From an uncultured Candidatus Pelagibacter sp. (GTDB taxonomy: Bacteria > Pseudomonadota > Alphaproteobacteria > Pelagibacterales > Pelagibacteraceae), in the NCBI GenBank assembly GCA_905618905.1, contig CAJQTH010000015.1:2303-66302 (forward strand): 64,000 nucleotides of DNA. The letters run 5' to 3'. The stretch's first letter is position 1, and each line of letters starts with the position of its first letter. Shown one piece after another: positions 29,415 through 40,000 of this stretch. Position numbers and translations under genes: made by a program. Below the pieces are notes generated by a model that made no database searches, was not told the DNA's origin, and saw only the letters and a list, made by a program, of their open reading frames with translations.

Positions 29415-32400
29415 ATGAGCAAAAAATTACTTGTTCCAGATATTGGTGAATTTGAAAAAGTTGAAGTTATTGAACTTTTAGTAAAGCCAGGAGATCAAAT
29501 AAATTCAAACGACCCTGTCGTTACTATTGAAAGTGACAAATCTAGTGTCGAAATTCCATCAACAATTTCGGGAAAGATAGAATCTGTAAATGTTAAAGTG
29601 GGTGATAAGGTTTCCAAGGGTGATTTATTATTAAGTGTTGAGTCTTCAAAAGAGAGTCCCTCAGAAAAACCAATTCCCAAAGATACAGAAAGCATTATTA
29701 AACAAGCTGAATCAATTTTAGAGAATGAAAAAAAAGAAGAAACTGTTCAGCTAAATTCAGTTGAAGAAAAAAAACAAACAATAATTCAGGTTACAAATGA
29801 TAATGATATTGATCCTTTAGAAACTCAAGATTGGTTAGAATCTTTGTCAGCAGTTGTTGCAAAAGATGGAAATCAAAGAGCTCACTTTTTGATAAAAGAA
29901 TTAATTAATAAAGCTTATCGAGAAGGAGCAAACATTCCCTACACGCAGCACACTCCTTATATCAATACTATTCCACCAGAAGCAGAAGTTAAATCAAATG
30001 GTGATCAGAATATTGAAAGAAGAATTAGATCTTTAATTAGATGGAATGCAGCAGCCATGGTTGTTAGAGCAAATAAAAAATTTCCAGAATTGGGTGGCCA
30101 TATAGGTACATTTGCATCAGCAGCAACACTTTATGATGTAGGTATGAATCATTTTTGGAGAGCCAAAAATAATAAATTTGGTGGAGATCTAGTTTATTTC
30201 CAAGGTCATAGTGCACCAGGTGTTTATGCTAGAGCATTTCTAGAAGGTAGATTAAATGAAAAACAATTAGATAGTTTTAGACAAGAAGTAAAACCAGGTG
30301 GACTCTCTTCATACCCACACCCTTGGCTGATGCCAAAGTTTTGGCAGTTTCCAACTGTATCAATGGGTTTAGGACCTATGCTTGCAATTTATCAAGCAAG
30401 GTACATGAAGTATTTAATTAACAGAGGGTTAATTAAAGATGAGGGGAGAAAAGTCTGGGCATTTCTTGGTGATGGAGAGATGGATGAACCTGAGTCTTTA
30501 GGTGCAATAGGATTGGCTGCTAGAGAAAAGTTAGATAACTTAATATTTGTTGTAAATTGTAATCTTCAAAGGCTGGATGGACCTGTAAGAGGTAATGGAA
30601 AAATTATTCAAGAACTAGAAGGAAGCTTTAGAGGGGCTGGTTGGAATGTAATTAAAGTAATTTGGGGCTCTTATTGGGACTCTTTGATTGCTAATGACAA
30701 AACAGGTCACTTGGCTAAAGTTATGAGTGAAACTGTAGATGGTGAATACCAAGCAATGAAAGCTAGAGATGGAGCTTATGTTAGGGAACGATTTTTTGGA
30801 AAATATCCAGAGACACAAGAATTAGTTTCCAGTTTATCAGATAAAGATATTTGGAGATTAAATAGAGGTGGTCACGACCCTCATAAAGTTTATGCAGCAT
30901 ACGACCAGGCATCAAAAAACCAAGGAAGCCCAACAGTTATAATAGCAAAAACTATTAAAGGATATGGAATGGGTAAGACAGGAGAAAGTGTTAATACTAC
31001 CCACCAAACTAAAAAATTAGATGTTGATGATTTGTTGTACTACAGAGATCGTTTTGACGTCCCATTAACAGATGAACAAGTAAGAAATGTTGAGTATTTT
31101 AAACCTGATGAAAAATCATTAGAAATTAAATACATTAAAGAAAAGAGAATGAGACTGGGTGGTTTCTTACCTGAAAGAACAACATATTCAAAACCTATTA
31201 AAGCACCAGCAAAAGATATTTTTGATTTTATGAAAGCATCAACAGGTGAAAAAGAAATGTCTACAACCATGGCATTGGTTAGAATGTTTACAAATTTATT
31301 AAGAGATAAAAATATTTCACCCCGATTAGTCCCAATTATTCCTGATGAAGCAAGAACTTTTGGTATGGAAGGATTTTTTCAAAAAATAGGAATATATGCA
31401 CATGAAGGTCAAAAGTATGAACCAGAAGATTCTGCTCAGTTAAGTTCTTACAGAGAAGAGAAAACTGGACAGGTTCTAGAAGAAGGAATTAATGAAGCTG
31501 GAGCAATGTCATCATGGATTGCTGCTGCGACCTCCTACACTAATCATGATATTGAAATGATACCAATTTATATTTTTTATTCTATGTTTGGTTTTCAAAG
31601 AATAGGTGACCTTGCATGGGCAGGTGGAGACAGTCAAGCTAGAGGTTTTTTAATTGGAGCAACCGCAGGAAGAACCACTTTAGCAGGAGAAGGATTACAG
31701 CACCAAGATGGTCATAGTCATTTAATTGCATCGACAATTCCAAATTGTATTTCATATGATCCAACATTTCATTATGAGCTTGCTGTGATTTTTAGAGAAG
31801 GCTTGAGAAGAATGCATGAAAAAAATGAAAACGTTTTTTATTATATCACCACTATGAATGAAAATTATACACATCCAAGTATGCCAAAAGATAAAAATTG
31901 TGAAGAAGGAATTCTTAAAGGAATGTATAAAATTAAAGAATTTAATGGACATAAAAAAACTAAAATTCAACTTTTAGGCTCAGGTACAATATTGAGAGAG
32001 ATGATGGCTGCTGCTGAAATTCTTCAAAATGAATACCAAATAGATAGTGAAATTTGGAGTGTCACAAGTTTTAATGAGTTGAGAAAAGATGGCATGGAAG
32101 TTGAAAGATATAATCTTTTAAATCCAGATAAAGACCAAAAAGTTTCATATGTAGAACAGTGTTTAGGAAAAACAGAAGGACCAATTTTGGCTGCTTCAGA
32201 TTATATGAGAATGAATTCTGACCAAATTAGACCTTATACCGAAAAAAGCTTTTATTCTCTGGGTACAGATGGTTATGGAAGAAGTGACACTAGAAAAAAC
32301 CTTAGAAAATTTTTTGAAGTTGATAAAGAGCATATTGTTGCTTATGGATTAAGTGTACTTGCAAAAGAACAGTTAATAGCATCAAAATATGCAAAAGAAG

Positions 32401-32453
32401 CCATAAAGAAGTATAATATTGATGGCAGCAAACCAATGCCAACAAAACTATAA
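29415..32453 (+). CDS. aceE: Pyruvate dehydrogenase E1, homodimeric type, with N-terminal lipoyl domain
   Basis: GGHIGTFAS, FQGHSAPG, PTVSMGLG, GDGEMDEPES, GEGLQHQDG; residues ~1-78 are a lipoyl domain (TIESDKSSVEIP). Confidence 0.95.
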   Translation: MSKKLLVPDIGEFEKVEVIELLVKPGDQINSNDPVVTIESDKSSVEIPSTISGKIESVNVKVGDKVSKGDLLLSVESSKESPSEKPIPKDTESIIKQAESILENEKKEETVQLNSVEEKKQTIIQVTNDNDIDPLETQDWLESLSAVVAKDGNQRAHFLIKELINKAYREGANIPYTQHTPYINTIPPEAEVKSNGDQNIERRIRSLIRWNAAAMVVRANKKFPELGGHIGTFASAATLYDVGMNHFWRAKNNKFGGDLVYFQGHSAPGVYARAFLEGRLNEKQLDSFRQEVKPGGLSSYPHPWLMPKFWQFPTVSMGLGPMLAIYQARYMKYLINRGLIKDEGRKVWAFLGDGEMDEPESLGAIGLAAREKLDNLIFVVNCNLQRLDGPVRGNGKIIQELEGSFRGAGWNVIKVIWGSYWDSLIANDKTGHLAKVMSETVDGEYQAMKARDGAYVRERFFGKYPETQELVSSLSDKDIWRLNRGGHDPHKVYAAYDQASKNQGSPTVIIAKTIKGYGMGKTGESVNTTHQTKKLDVDDLLYYRDRFDVPLTDEQVRNVEYFKPDEKSLEIKYIKEKRMRLGGFLPERTTYSKPIKAPAKDIFDFMKASTGEKEMSTTMALVRMFTNLLRDKNISPRLVPIIPDEARTFGMEGFFQKIGIYAHEGQKYEPEDSAQLSSYREEKTGQVLEEGINEAGAMSSWIAAATSYTNHDIEMIPIYIFYSMFGFQRIGDLAWAGGDSQARGFLIGATAGRTTLAGEGLQHQDGHSHLIASTIPNCISYDPTFHYELAVIFREGLRRMHEKNENVFYYITTMNENYTHPSMPKDKNCEEGILKGMYKIKEFNGHKKTKIQLLGSGTILREMMAAAEILQNEYQIDSEIWSVTSFNELRKDGMEVERYNLLNPDKDQKVSYVEQCLGKTEGPILAASDYMRMNSDQIRPYTEKSFYSLGTDGYGRSDTRKNLRKFFEVDKEHIVAYGLSVLAKEQLIASKYAKEAIKKYNIDGSKPMPTKL

Positions 32454-32454
32454 G

Positions 32455-33726
32455 ATGTCAGATAAAGAGATTAAAGTACCAAATATTGGCGAATTTAAAG
32501 ACGTTGAGGTAATTGAGGTATTAGTTTCAAATGGCCAGTCAGTTTCCAAAAATGATCCACTTATTACAATTGAGAGTGACAAATCTAGTGTTGAAATACC
32601 AGCTTCTTTTGATGGAAAGGTTAAGTCTGTTAAAATTAAAGTGGGAGATAGGGTTTCAGAAGGGGATTTAATATTAATTGTAGAGCAATCTGGAGAAGAA
32701 AAAAAAAGTATAGAACAAAAAACTATTAAAGAAGCAGAACCGGTCGCAAATCAAGATCAAGCAGAAGGGATTGTAAAAATTAAACAAACACAAAATTTGA
32801 TAAAAAAAGACAATTCAGAAGATTTATCTGCAAGCCCAAAAGTACGTAAATTTGCTCGAGAGCTTGGGGTTAATATTAATGAGATAGTTGGCAGTGAAAG
32901 ACAAGGAAGAGTTGTAGAAGATGATGTAAAGAATTTTATATCCTCTAAAATTAATAAAACTTCAGATAAAACTGAAGTTCAATCAAAAAAAATTGTTAGT
33001 GAATTTTCTCATTCTGATTTTGGTGAAGTTGAAGTTAAAGATATGCCTAGGGTTAAAAGATTAGCCTCTACGTATCTAGTTAATTCTTGGACTACAATAC
33101 CCCATGTAACAAATCATGATGAAGCAGATATAACTGAAATGGAAGATTTTAGAACTTCACTTGCTGATATGTACACAAGTGAAAGAAAAAAAATTACTCC
33201 ATTAGCTTTTATTGTTAGAGCTTTAGTTGCGTCTTTAAAAAAGTTTCCTAGTTTTAACTCTTCAATAGATGATATTGAAAATGGAAAGATAACAATGAAA
33301 AAATATTTTCATGTTGGAATTGCAGTCGACACGCCACATGGCTTGATGGTGCCAAAAATTAGAAATGCTGACAATAAAAGTATTTCGTATATTGGCAATG
33401 AATTGAAAACAGTAAGTGACCAATGTAGAAACCTAAAGATAGATAAGAAGGAATTCTTTGGAGGATCTATGACCATTACAAGTCTTGGCGGAATTGGAGG
33501 TTCGTTTTTTACACCAATAATAAATTATCCAGAAGTTGCTATACTAGGAGTGGGTAAAGCACAAAAAAAAAAAATTTTTATCAATGGAAAATTTGAAACA
33601 AGAACAATGTTACCACTTTCATTATCATACGATCATAGAATAATTGATGGTGCTGAAGCGGCTAGATTTAATAATGATCTTAAAGAAAATTTAGGCAAAA
33701 ATTTTGCTTATAAATTGGCTATATAG
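32455..33726 (+). CDS. aceF: Dihydrolipoamide acetyltransferase E2 (single lipoyl domain)
   Basis: ESDKSSVEIP, ASPKVRKFARE E3-binding domain, SYDHRIIDGA; start at MSDKEIK. Confidence 0.93.
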   Translation: MSDKEIKVPNIGEFKDVEVIEVLVSNGQSVSKNDPLITIESDKSSVEIPASFDGKVKSVKIKVGDRVSEGDLILIVEQSGEEKKSIEQKTIKEAEPVANQDQAEGIVKIKQTQNLIKKDNSEDLSASPKVRKFARELGVNINEIVGSERQGRVVEDDVKNFISSKINKTSDKTEVQSKKIVSEFSHSDFGEVEVKDMPRVKRLASTYLVNSWTTIPHVTNHDEADITEMEDFRTSLADMYTSERKKITPLAFIVRALVASLKKFPSFNSSIDDIENGKITMKKYFHVGIAVDTPHGLMVPKIRNADNKSISYIGNELKTVSDQCRNLKIDKKEFFGGSMTITSLGGIGGSFFTPIINYPEVAILGVGKAQKKKIFINGKFETRTMLPLSLSYDHRIIDGAEAARFNNDLKENLGKNFAYKLAI

Positions 33727-33732
33727 ATTTTA

Positions 33733-34620
33733 ATGTCAAAAACATCTTCATTATTTAGTGCTTTACTATGTACGTTCATATGGGGAACAACTTTTATCGC
33801 TCAAGATACGGGAATGGACGATATTGGTCCTTTTACTTTTAATGCTGTTAGGTTTTTTGTAGGCTTTTTAGCAGTAGCCCCTTTAGCTTTTATTTTTGAA
33901 AGAAAAAATATCTCAAAATCAGTACAAAGAAATCAAAAAGAATTTACTAACTTAGCTCTTTTAATAGGTCTATCTTTATTTTTAGGGTCAGGACTTCAGC
34001 AAGTGGCTTTACTTTATACTGATGTTGCTAATGCAGCATTTTTTACCATTTTCTATGTTCCAATGGTCCCGTTTATAATTTTTTTTATGTATAAAAAACC
34101 AATCCACTGGAGCATTTGGCCTTCAGTTCTTTTTTGTGTGATGGGAGGTTATTTACTAACTAATTTTTACAGCGCAACAGTTAGAACTGGTGATGCACTT
34201 ATAATAATAGGTGCTTTTTTTTGGAGCACACACATTATTTTTACTGGTAAAATTATAGAAAACTACAACCTTCCATTAACAATTGGTGCAATACAAACTT
34301 TAATTGTTGCCTCTCTATCATTAATTATAGGATTAATTTTTGAAGACTTTATTTGGTCTAATATTCTTAAAGAAAAATTTCAAATCTTATACGCAGGAAT
34401 TTTATCTGGAGGCCTTGCATTTGTTTTACAAATATATGCACAAAAAAATATATCCCCTGCTCCATCAGCAATAATTTTTTCTTTAGAGGGTGTTTTTGCA
34501 ACAATTGCTGCTTGGATTTTATTAGATCAAATTTTAGATATAAATAATCTGTTTGGATGTTTATTTATTTTATTCGGTGTTTTATTTTCACAATTAGCGC
34601 CAATATTTAAAAAAAATTAA
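33733..34620 (+). CDS. DMT/EamA family transporter
   Basis: IWGTTF, FNAVRF, about 10 TM helices, LEGVFA. Confidence 0.88.
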   Translation: MSKTSSLFSALLCTFIWGTTFIAQDTGMDDIGPFTFNAVRFFVGFLAVAPLAFIFERKNISKSVQRNQKEFTNLALLIGLSLFLGSGLQQVALLYTDVANAAFFTIFYVPMVPFIIFFMYKKPIHWSIWPSVLFCVMGGYLLTNFYSATVRTGDALIIIGAFFWSTHIIFTGKIIENYNLPLTIGAIQTLIVASLSLIIGLIFEDFIWSNILKEKFQILYAGILSGGLAFVLQIYAQKNISPAPSAIIFSLEGVFATIAAWILLDQILDINNLFGCLFILFGVLFSQLAPIFKKN

Positions 34621-35387
34621 TTATATATTATTATAAATAAAATTATTGAAATAATAATTCTGTAAATTACAAAAACATTTAAAGAAAATTTGTTTATATA
34701 GTCCAAGAAAAATTTAACTGTAAAATAAGAAAATAAAAAAGAAAGAGTGATTGATATTAGTATAAGGTAGTTGAGCTCAAAGGTTTGTTCAATAGCATTT
34801 TTTAATTGTAGCACACTCGCACCAGCTATAGCAGGTATAGCCAACAGAAAAGAAATTTTACTTGAATCAAATCTATTAAATCTAAAAAGTCTTGCAGCTG
34901 TTATTGTAATTCCCGCTCTACTTACACCTGGTATTAAAGCAAGTATTTGGAACAAACCAATATATAATATTGTTTTAAAATTTAAGTTGGATGATATTTT
35001 TTTATCAAATTTACTTTTGTCTGCAACATATAAAATAATTCCAAAAACTAATGTTGTCCAAGCAATTATCTTTAAATTATTTTCTAATAGATTAACTAGA
35101 CCTGTGGAGCTTATTATATACCCAGCTATTACAATTGGTATAGAGCCAATAATTAATAAAGTTAATAATTTTTGATTATTTTTAAGGTCTAGTAATTCTC
35201 TTCTAAAATAAAAGATTATTGCAAGTAAGGAGCCAAAATGGAGACTAACATCAATCATTAGTGAGTTAGAATTAAAATTAAAGATTATCTCAACAATGTT
35301 TAAATGAGCTGATGAACTGATCGGCAAAAATTCTGATATGCCCTGAACTATTGATAGGATTATAATTTCAATAATATTTGAGAACAT
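34617..35387 (-). CDS. uppP: Undecaprenyl-diphosphate phosphatase
   Basis: QGISEFLPISSSAH, PGVSRAG. Confidence 0.95.
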   Translation of the reverse strand: MFSNIIEIIILSIVQGISEFLPISSSAHLNIVEIIFNFNSNSLMIDVSLHFGSLLAIIFYFRRELLDLKNNQKLLTLLIIGSIPIVIAGYIISSTGLVNLLENNLKIIAWTTLVFGIILYVADKSKFDKKISSNLNFKTILYIGLFQILALIPGVSRAGITITAARLFRFNRFDSSKISFLLAIPAIAGASVLQLKNAIEQTFELNYLILISITLSFLFSYFTVKFFLDYINKFSLNVFVIYRIIISIILFIIIYN

Positions 35388-35494
35388 TTAAAGGTTCGTA
35401 GCTTAAATATTCAATGATTTAAACAATTCCATTTGAACATATTAGATATGCACAAAACAAAATAAGAAGAGTTAAGGGCATTTATTGCAAATTT

Positions 35495-35515
35495 AAGGTC
35501 ATATATATTGACCTT
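35495..35515. promoter_or_regulatory. Perfect palindrome upstream of gltD
   Basis: AAGGTCA-TATATAT-TGACCTT. Confidence 0.6.
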
Positions 35516-35571
35516 GTTTGTCTTTTATTACTCAAAACTGTGTTATATGGTTACTTTATTAAAGGGTATGT

Positions 35572-37011
35572 ATGTCAGAAAAAATGCTTAAATTTGTAAA
35601 GATAGGTCAACAAACTCCACCTAAAAGAGAAGTTGGCAATAGAAAAGAAGATTTTAATGAAATTTATAAAGAGTTTATCAACGAAAAAGCAGGTGAACAA
35701 TCTAGTAGATGTTCACAATGTGGAGTTCCTTTTTGTCAGGTACATTGTCCATTAAGCAACAATATTCCGGATTGGTTAAAATTAACTGCAGAGGGAAGAC
35801 TAAAAGAAGCATATGAATTATCCCAAAGCACCAACAACATGCCAGAAGTGTGTGGAAGAATATGTCCACAAGATAGATTGTGTGAAGGAAATTGTGTAAT
35901 TGAACAATCGGGACATGGAACAGTAACTATAGGTTCAGTTGAGAAATATATTACTGATAACGCATGGGAACAAGGCTGGGTAAAGCCTATAAAAATTAAA
36001 AATGAAAAGAGTCAAAGTATTGGAATTATAGGAGCAGGTCCAGCAGGACTGGCTGCTGCAGAACAGCTACGTAAGTTAGGGTATCAAATTACAGTATACG
36101 ATCGATATGATAGAGCCGGTGGTTTAATGATTTACGGGATTCCAAATTTTAAGTTAGAAAAATTTGTTGTAGAAAGAAGAACTAAGTTATTAGAAGAGGG
36201 TGGAATTAAATTTGTTCAAAATTTTGAGGTTGGAAAAGATGCTACATTAGAGCAATTAAGAAAAAAACATGATGCCCTTTTAATTGCAACTGGAGTTTAT
36301 AAAGCTCGAGAAATAGATCTACCAGGAAAAGATTTAGGAAATATATTTCCAGCTATGGAATTTTTAACAGCTTCAAATAAAAAAGGGTTAGGAGATAAGG
36401 TAGAATTATTTGATAATGGAACATTAAATGCTGAAGGAAAAAATATTGTGGTAATTGGAGGAGGTGACACTGCAATGGACTGTGTTAGGACTTCAATCAG
36501 ACAAAAAGCAAAATCAGTTAAATGCCTTTATAGAAGAGACAAAGAAAATATGCCTGGGTCTGCTAGAGAAGTGGCTAATGCAGAAGAGGAAGGAGTAGAG
36601 TTTGTATGGCTATCTAGTCCCAAAGAATTTATTGGAACAAATAAAGTTGAAGGTTTGATGGTAGATAAAATTAAACTTGGTGAACCAGATGATAGTGGTA
36701 GACGTAAACCAGAAATCCAAAGTAATTCTCATTTTAATATTAAAGCAGACATAGTAATTAAAGCTCTTGGGTTTGACCCTGAAAATTTACCAAAACTATT
36801 TGGATCTGAAGATCTGCAAGTTACTAAATGGGGAACATTAAAAACTGATTTTGATACAATGGAAACAAATTTACCAGGTGTTTTTGCTGCAGGAGATATT
36901 ATCAGAGGAGCATCTTTAGTTGTTTGGGCTATAAAAGATGGAAGAGACGTAGCAATATCAATAAAAAGTTTTTTAGAAAACAAAGAGCTTAGCGAAGAAA
37001 AGGTTGCTTAA
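35572..37011 (+). CDS. gltD: Glutamate synthase small subunit
   Basis: RCSQCGVPFCQVHCP, CGRICPQDRLCEG, GGGDTAMDC, AAGD. Confidence 0.96.
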   Translation: MSEKMLKFVKIGQQTPPKREVGNRKEDFNEIYKEFINEKAGEQSSRCSQCGVPFCQVHCPLSNNIPDWLKLTAEGRLKEAYELSQSTNNMPEVCGRICPQDRLCEGNCVIEQSGHGTVTIGSVEKYITDNAWEQGWVKPIKIKNEKSQSIGIIGAGPAGLAAAEQLRKLGYQITVYDRYDRAGGLMIYGIPNFKLEKFVVERRTKLLEEGGIKFVQNFEVGKDATLEQLRKKHDALLIATGVYKAREIDLPGKDLGNIFPAMEFLTASNKKGLGDKVELFDNGTLNAEGKNIVVIGGGDTAMDCVRTSIRQKAKSVKCLYRRDKENMPGSAREVANAEEEGVEFVWLSSPKEFIGTNKVEGLMVDKIKLGEPDDSGRRKPEIQSNSHFNIKADIVIKALGFDPENLPKLFGSEDLQVTKWGTLKTDFDTMETNLPGVFAAGDIIRGASLVVWAIKDGRDVAISIKSFLENKELSEEKVA

Positions 37012-40000
37012 TGAAAAATTATAAAAAGAACCTTAAAATTCTTGAAGATGGTCATGTTTATTCAAAAGACATGGAGCATGATGCTTGTGGAGTAGGATTA
37101 ATTGCTTCTACTGAGGGTAAAAAATCTAGAAAAGTAGTTGAATATGGAATTAATGCCTTAAAAGCGGTTTGGCACAGAGGAGCCGTTGATGCTGATGGAA
37201 AAACAGGTGATGGAGCTGGAATTCATTTGGAAATTCCTTCAGATTTCTTTGCTGAAAAAATAGAAATTACAGGTCACGACCACGATGGTTCAGAAATTTG
37301 TGTGGGTATGATTTTTTTACCCAGAAATAATTATCAAGCACAAGAAAATGCAAGAACTTTAGTTGAAAGTGAATTAACAAAAAGTAATTTTAGTATTTAT
37401 GGATGGAGACAAGTTCCAGTAAATCCAAAAGTTTTAGGTGAAAAAGCAAATCTTACGAGACCAGAAATTACTCAAGTACTATTCAAACATAATAATAAAG
37501 ATTTAACAGAAAAAGAATTAGAAAGAAAAATTTATGAATCTAGAAGAAAAATTGAAAAAGAAGCTATTAAAGATGCGATAGAAGGTTTTTATATTTGCTC
37601 ACTAAGTTCTAAGTCAGTTATTTATAAGGGAATGTTTTTAGCAGAGTCTATCGCAGATTTTTATTTAGATTTAAAGGATGAGAGGTTTATATCTCGATTT
37701 GCAATATTCCATCAAAGATTTTCAACAAACACAGCACCAAGTTGGGATCTGGCACAACCTTTTAGAGCATTAGCTCATAATGGAGAAATAAACACACTAA
37801 AGGGAAATAAAAACTGGATGAAAGTTCATGAGCAAGAAATGGACAGCCCCTTATTTGATGATATGGAAAATTTAAAACCAGTTATACAGCCAGGATCATC
37901 AGACTCTGCTGCATTAGATAGTGTTTTTGAACTTTTAAATATTTCTGGCCAATCAGCACCACTCGCAAAATTAATGTTAATTCCAGATGCCTGGTCTAAA
38001 AAAAGTCAAACATTATCAAAAGATCACCAACAACTATTTAATTTTTTAAATAGCACAATGGAGCCATGGGATGGACCAGCTGCTATTGCAGCTACCGATA
38101 ATGAGTGGGCTATAGTAGCTGCTGATAGAAATGGGTTGCGCCCAATGAGATATACTATTTCAAAAGATAAAATACTATGTGCAGGGTCAGAGACAGGAAT
38201 GGTTGAAATTGATGAAAAACAAATTCTTAAAAAGGGAAGGTTGGGTCCTGGAGAAATTCTTGGGGTAAGAATAGCGAAAGGCAAGGTGTTTTCTAATGTT
38301 GAGATAAAAGACTATCTGGCAAAAGAGTTTAAACATTTTAATAATCAAATAATTGATTTAGAAAAAAAATTCCCAATAAAAAATGAAAAATTTACTTTTT
38401 CAGGTGATGAACTTAAAAAAAGACAGCACGCTTTTGGTTATAGTTTGGAAGATTTAGAACTTATTCTACACCCTATGGCGGAGGATGCTAAAGAAGCCAT
38501 TGGTTCAATGGGTGACGATACTCCACTTGCGGTGTTATCTGACCGTTATAGGCCGCTTTATCACTTCTTTAGACAAAATTTTAGTCAAGTTACAAACCCA
38601 CCAATTGATTCTTTAAGAGAAAACAAGGTTATGAGTTTAAAAACTCGTTTTGGTAACCTTGGAAATATTTTAGATTTTAGTAATTTAACAGAAGAAAATA
38701 TATATGTTTTAGATAGTCCTATTTTATCAAACTCTCAGTTAGAAAAATTCATTAATTTTTTTGGTCAAAAATCAATAACTATTGACTGTACTTTTGATAA
38801 AAGTGAAAATCTTGAAACCTCTATTGAGAGAATTAAAAAAGATTCTGAAATTGCAGTTAGGCAGGGTCTTACTCAATTAGTCTTAAGTGATAAAAATACT
38901 TCTGAAGAAAGATTGCCCATTCCAATGCTATTAAGCGTTGGTGCAACAAATACACATCTCATAAAAAAAAAACTAAGAGGCTATGCTTCAATTAATGCCC
39001 AAACTGGGGAAGCATTAGATACACATTCATTTGCAACACTCATAGGTGTTGGGGCTACAACAGTTAATCCTTATTTAGCATTGGATAGCTTATATCAGAG
39101 ATTTGAAAAGAAATTATTTGGAAAGTTTGGGTACGATGAGTGCATAGAGAGGTATGTACAGTCAGTAAATTATGGTCTTTTAAAAATAATGTCAAAAATG
39201 GGAATTTCAGTCATAAGCTCTTATAGAGGTGGATGTAATTTTGAAACAGTTGGTTTGAGTAGAACGGTAGCATCAGAGTATTTTCCAGGAATTTTATCAA
39301 AAATTTCAGGAATAGGCTTAAATGGAATAGAAAAAAAATTAAGAATTATTCACAAAGAAGCATTTGAAGGCACAGATACAATTTTACCAATTGGCGGAAT
39401 TTACAGGTACAGAAAAAATGGTGAAGTGCACCAATATCAAGGTAAGCTTATTCATCTTTTGCAGAGTGCCGTTTCTTCAAATTCTTTTGATGCTTATAAA
39501 AAATATGCAAAAGGTATTTATAGTCTTCCACCCATACATCTTAGAGATCTAATTGGATTTAGAGAAAAAAATTTAAATCCTTCTATAGATATTACAGAAG
39601 TAGAACCAATTGAAAATATTTTAACAAGATTTGGAAGTGGAAGTATGTCTCATGGTGCATTATCGAAAGAAGCACACGAAACTTTAGCTATAGGAATGAA
39701 TAGAATTAAAGGAGCCTCTTGTAGTGGTGAAGGTGGTGAAGATGAGAAAAGATTTACTAAGATGAAAAATGGAGACAGTGCTAACTCTAGAGTTAAACAA
39801 ATAGCTTCAGCAAGATTTGGAGTAACACTCAAGTACCTTAATAACTGTAATGAAATAGAGATTAAAATTGCACAAGGAGCAAAACCTGGTGAAGGTGGCC
39901 AGTTACCTGGGTTTAAAGTTACAGAAGAAATTGCAAAATTAAGACATTCAACACCAGGTGTAACGTTAATATCACCACCACCACACCATGATATTTATTC

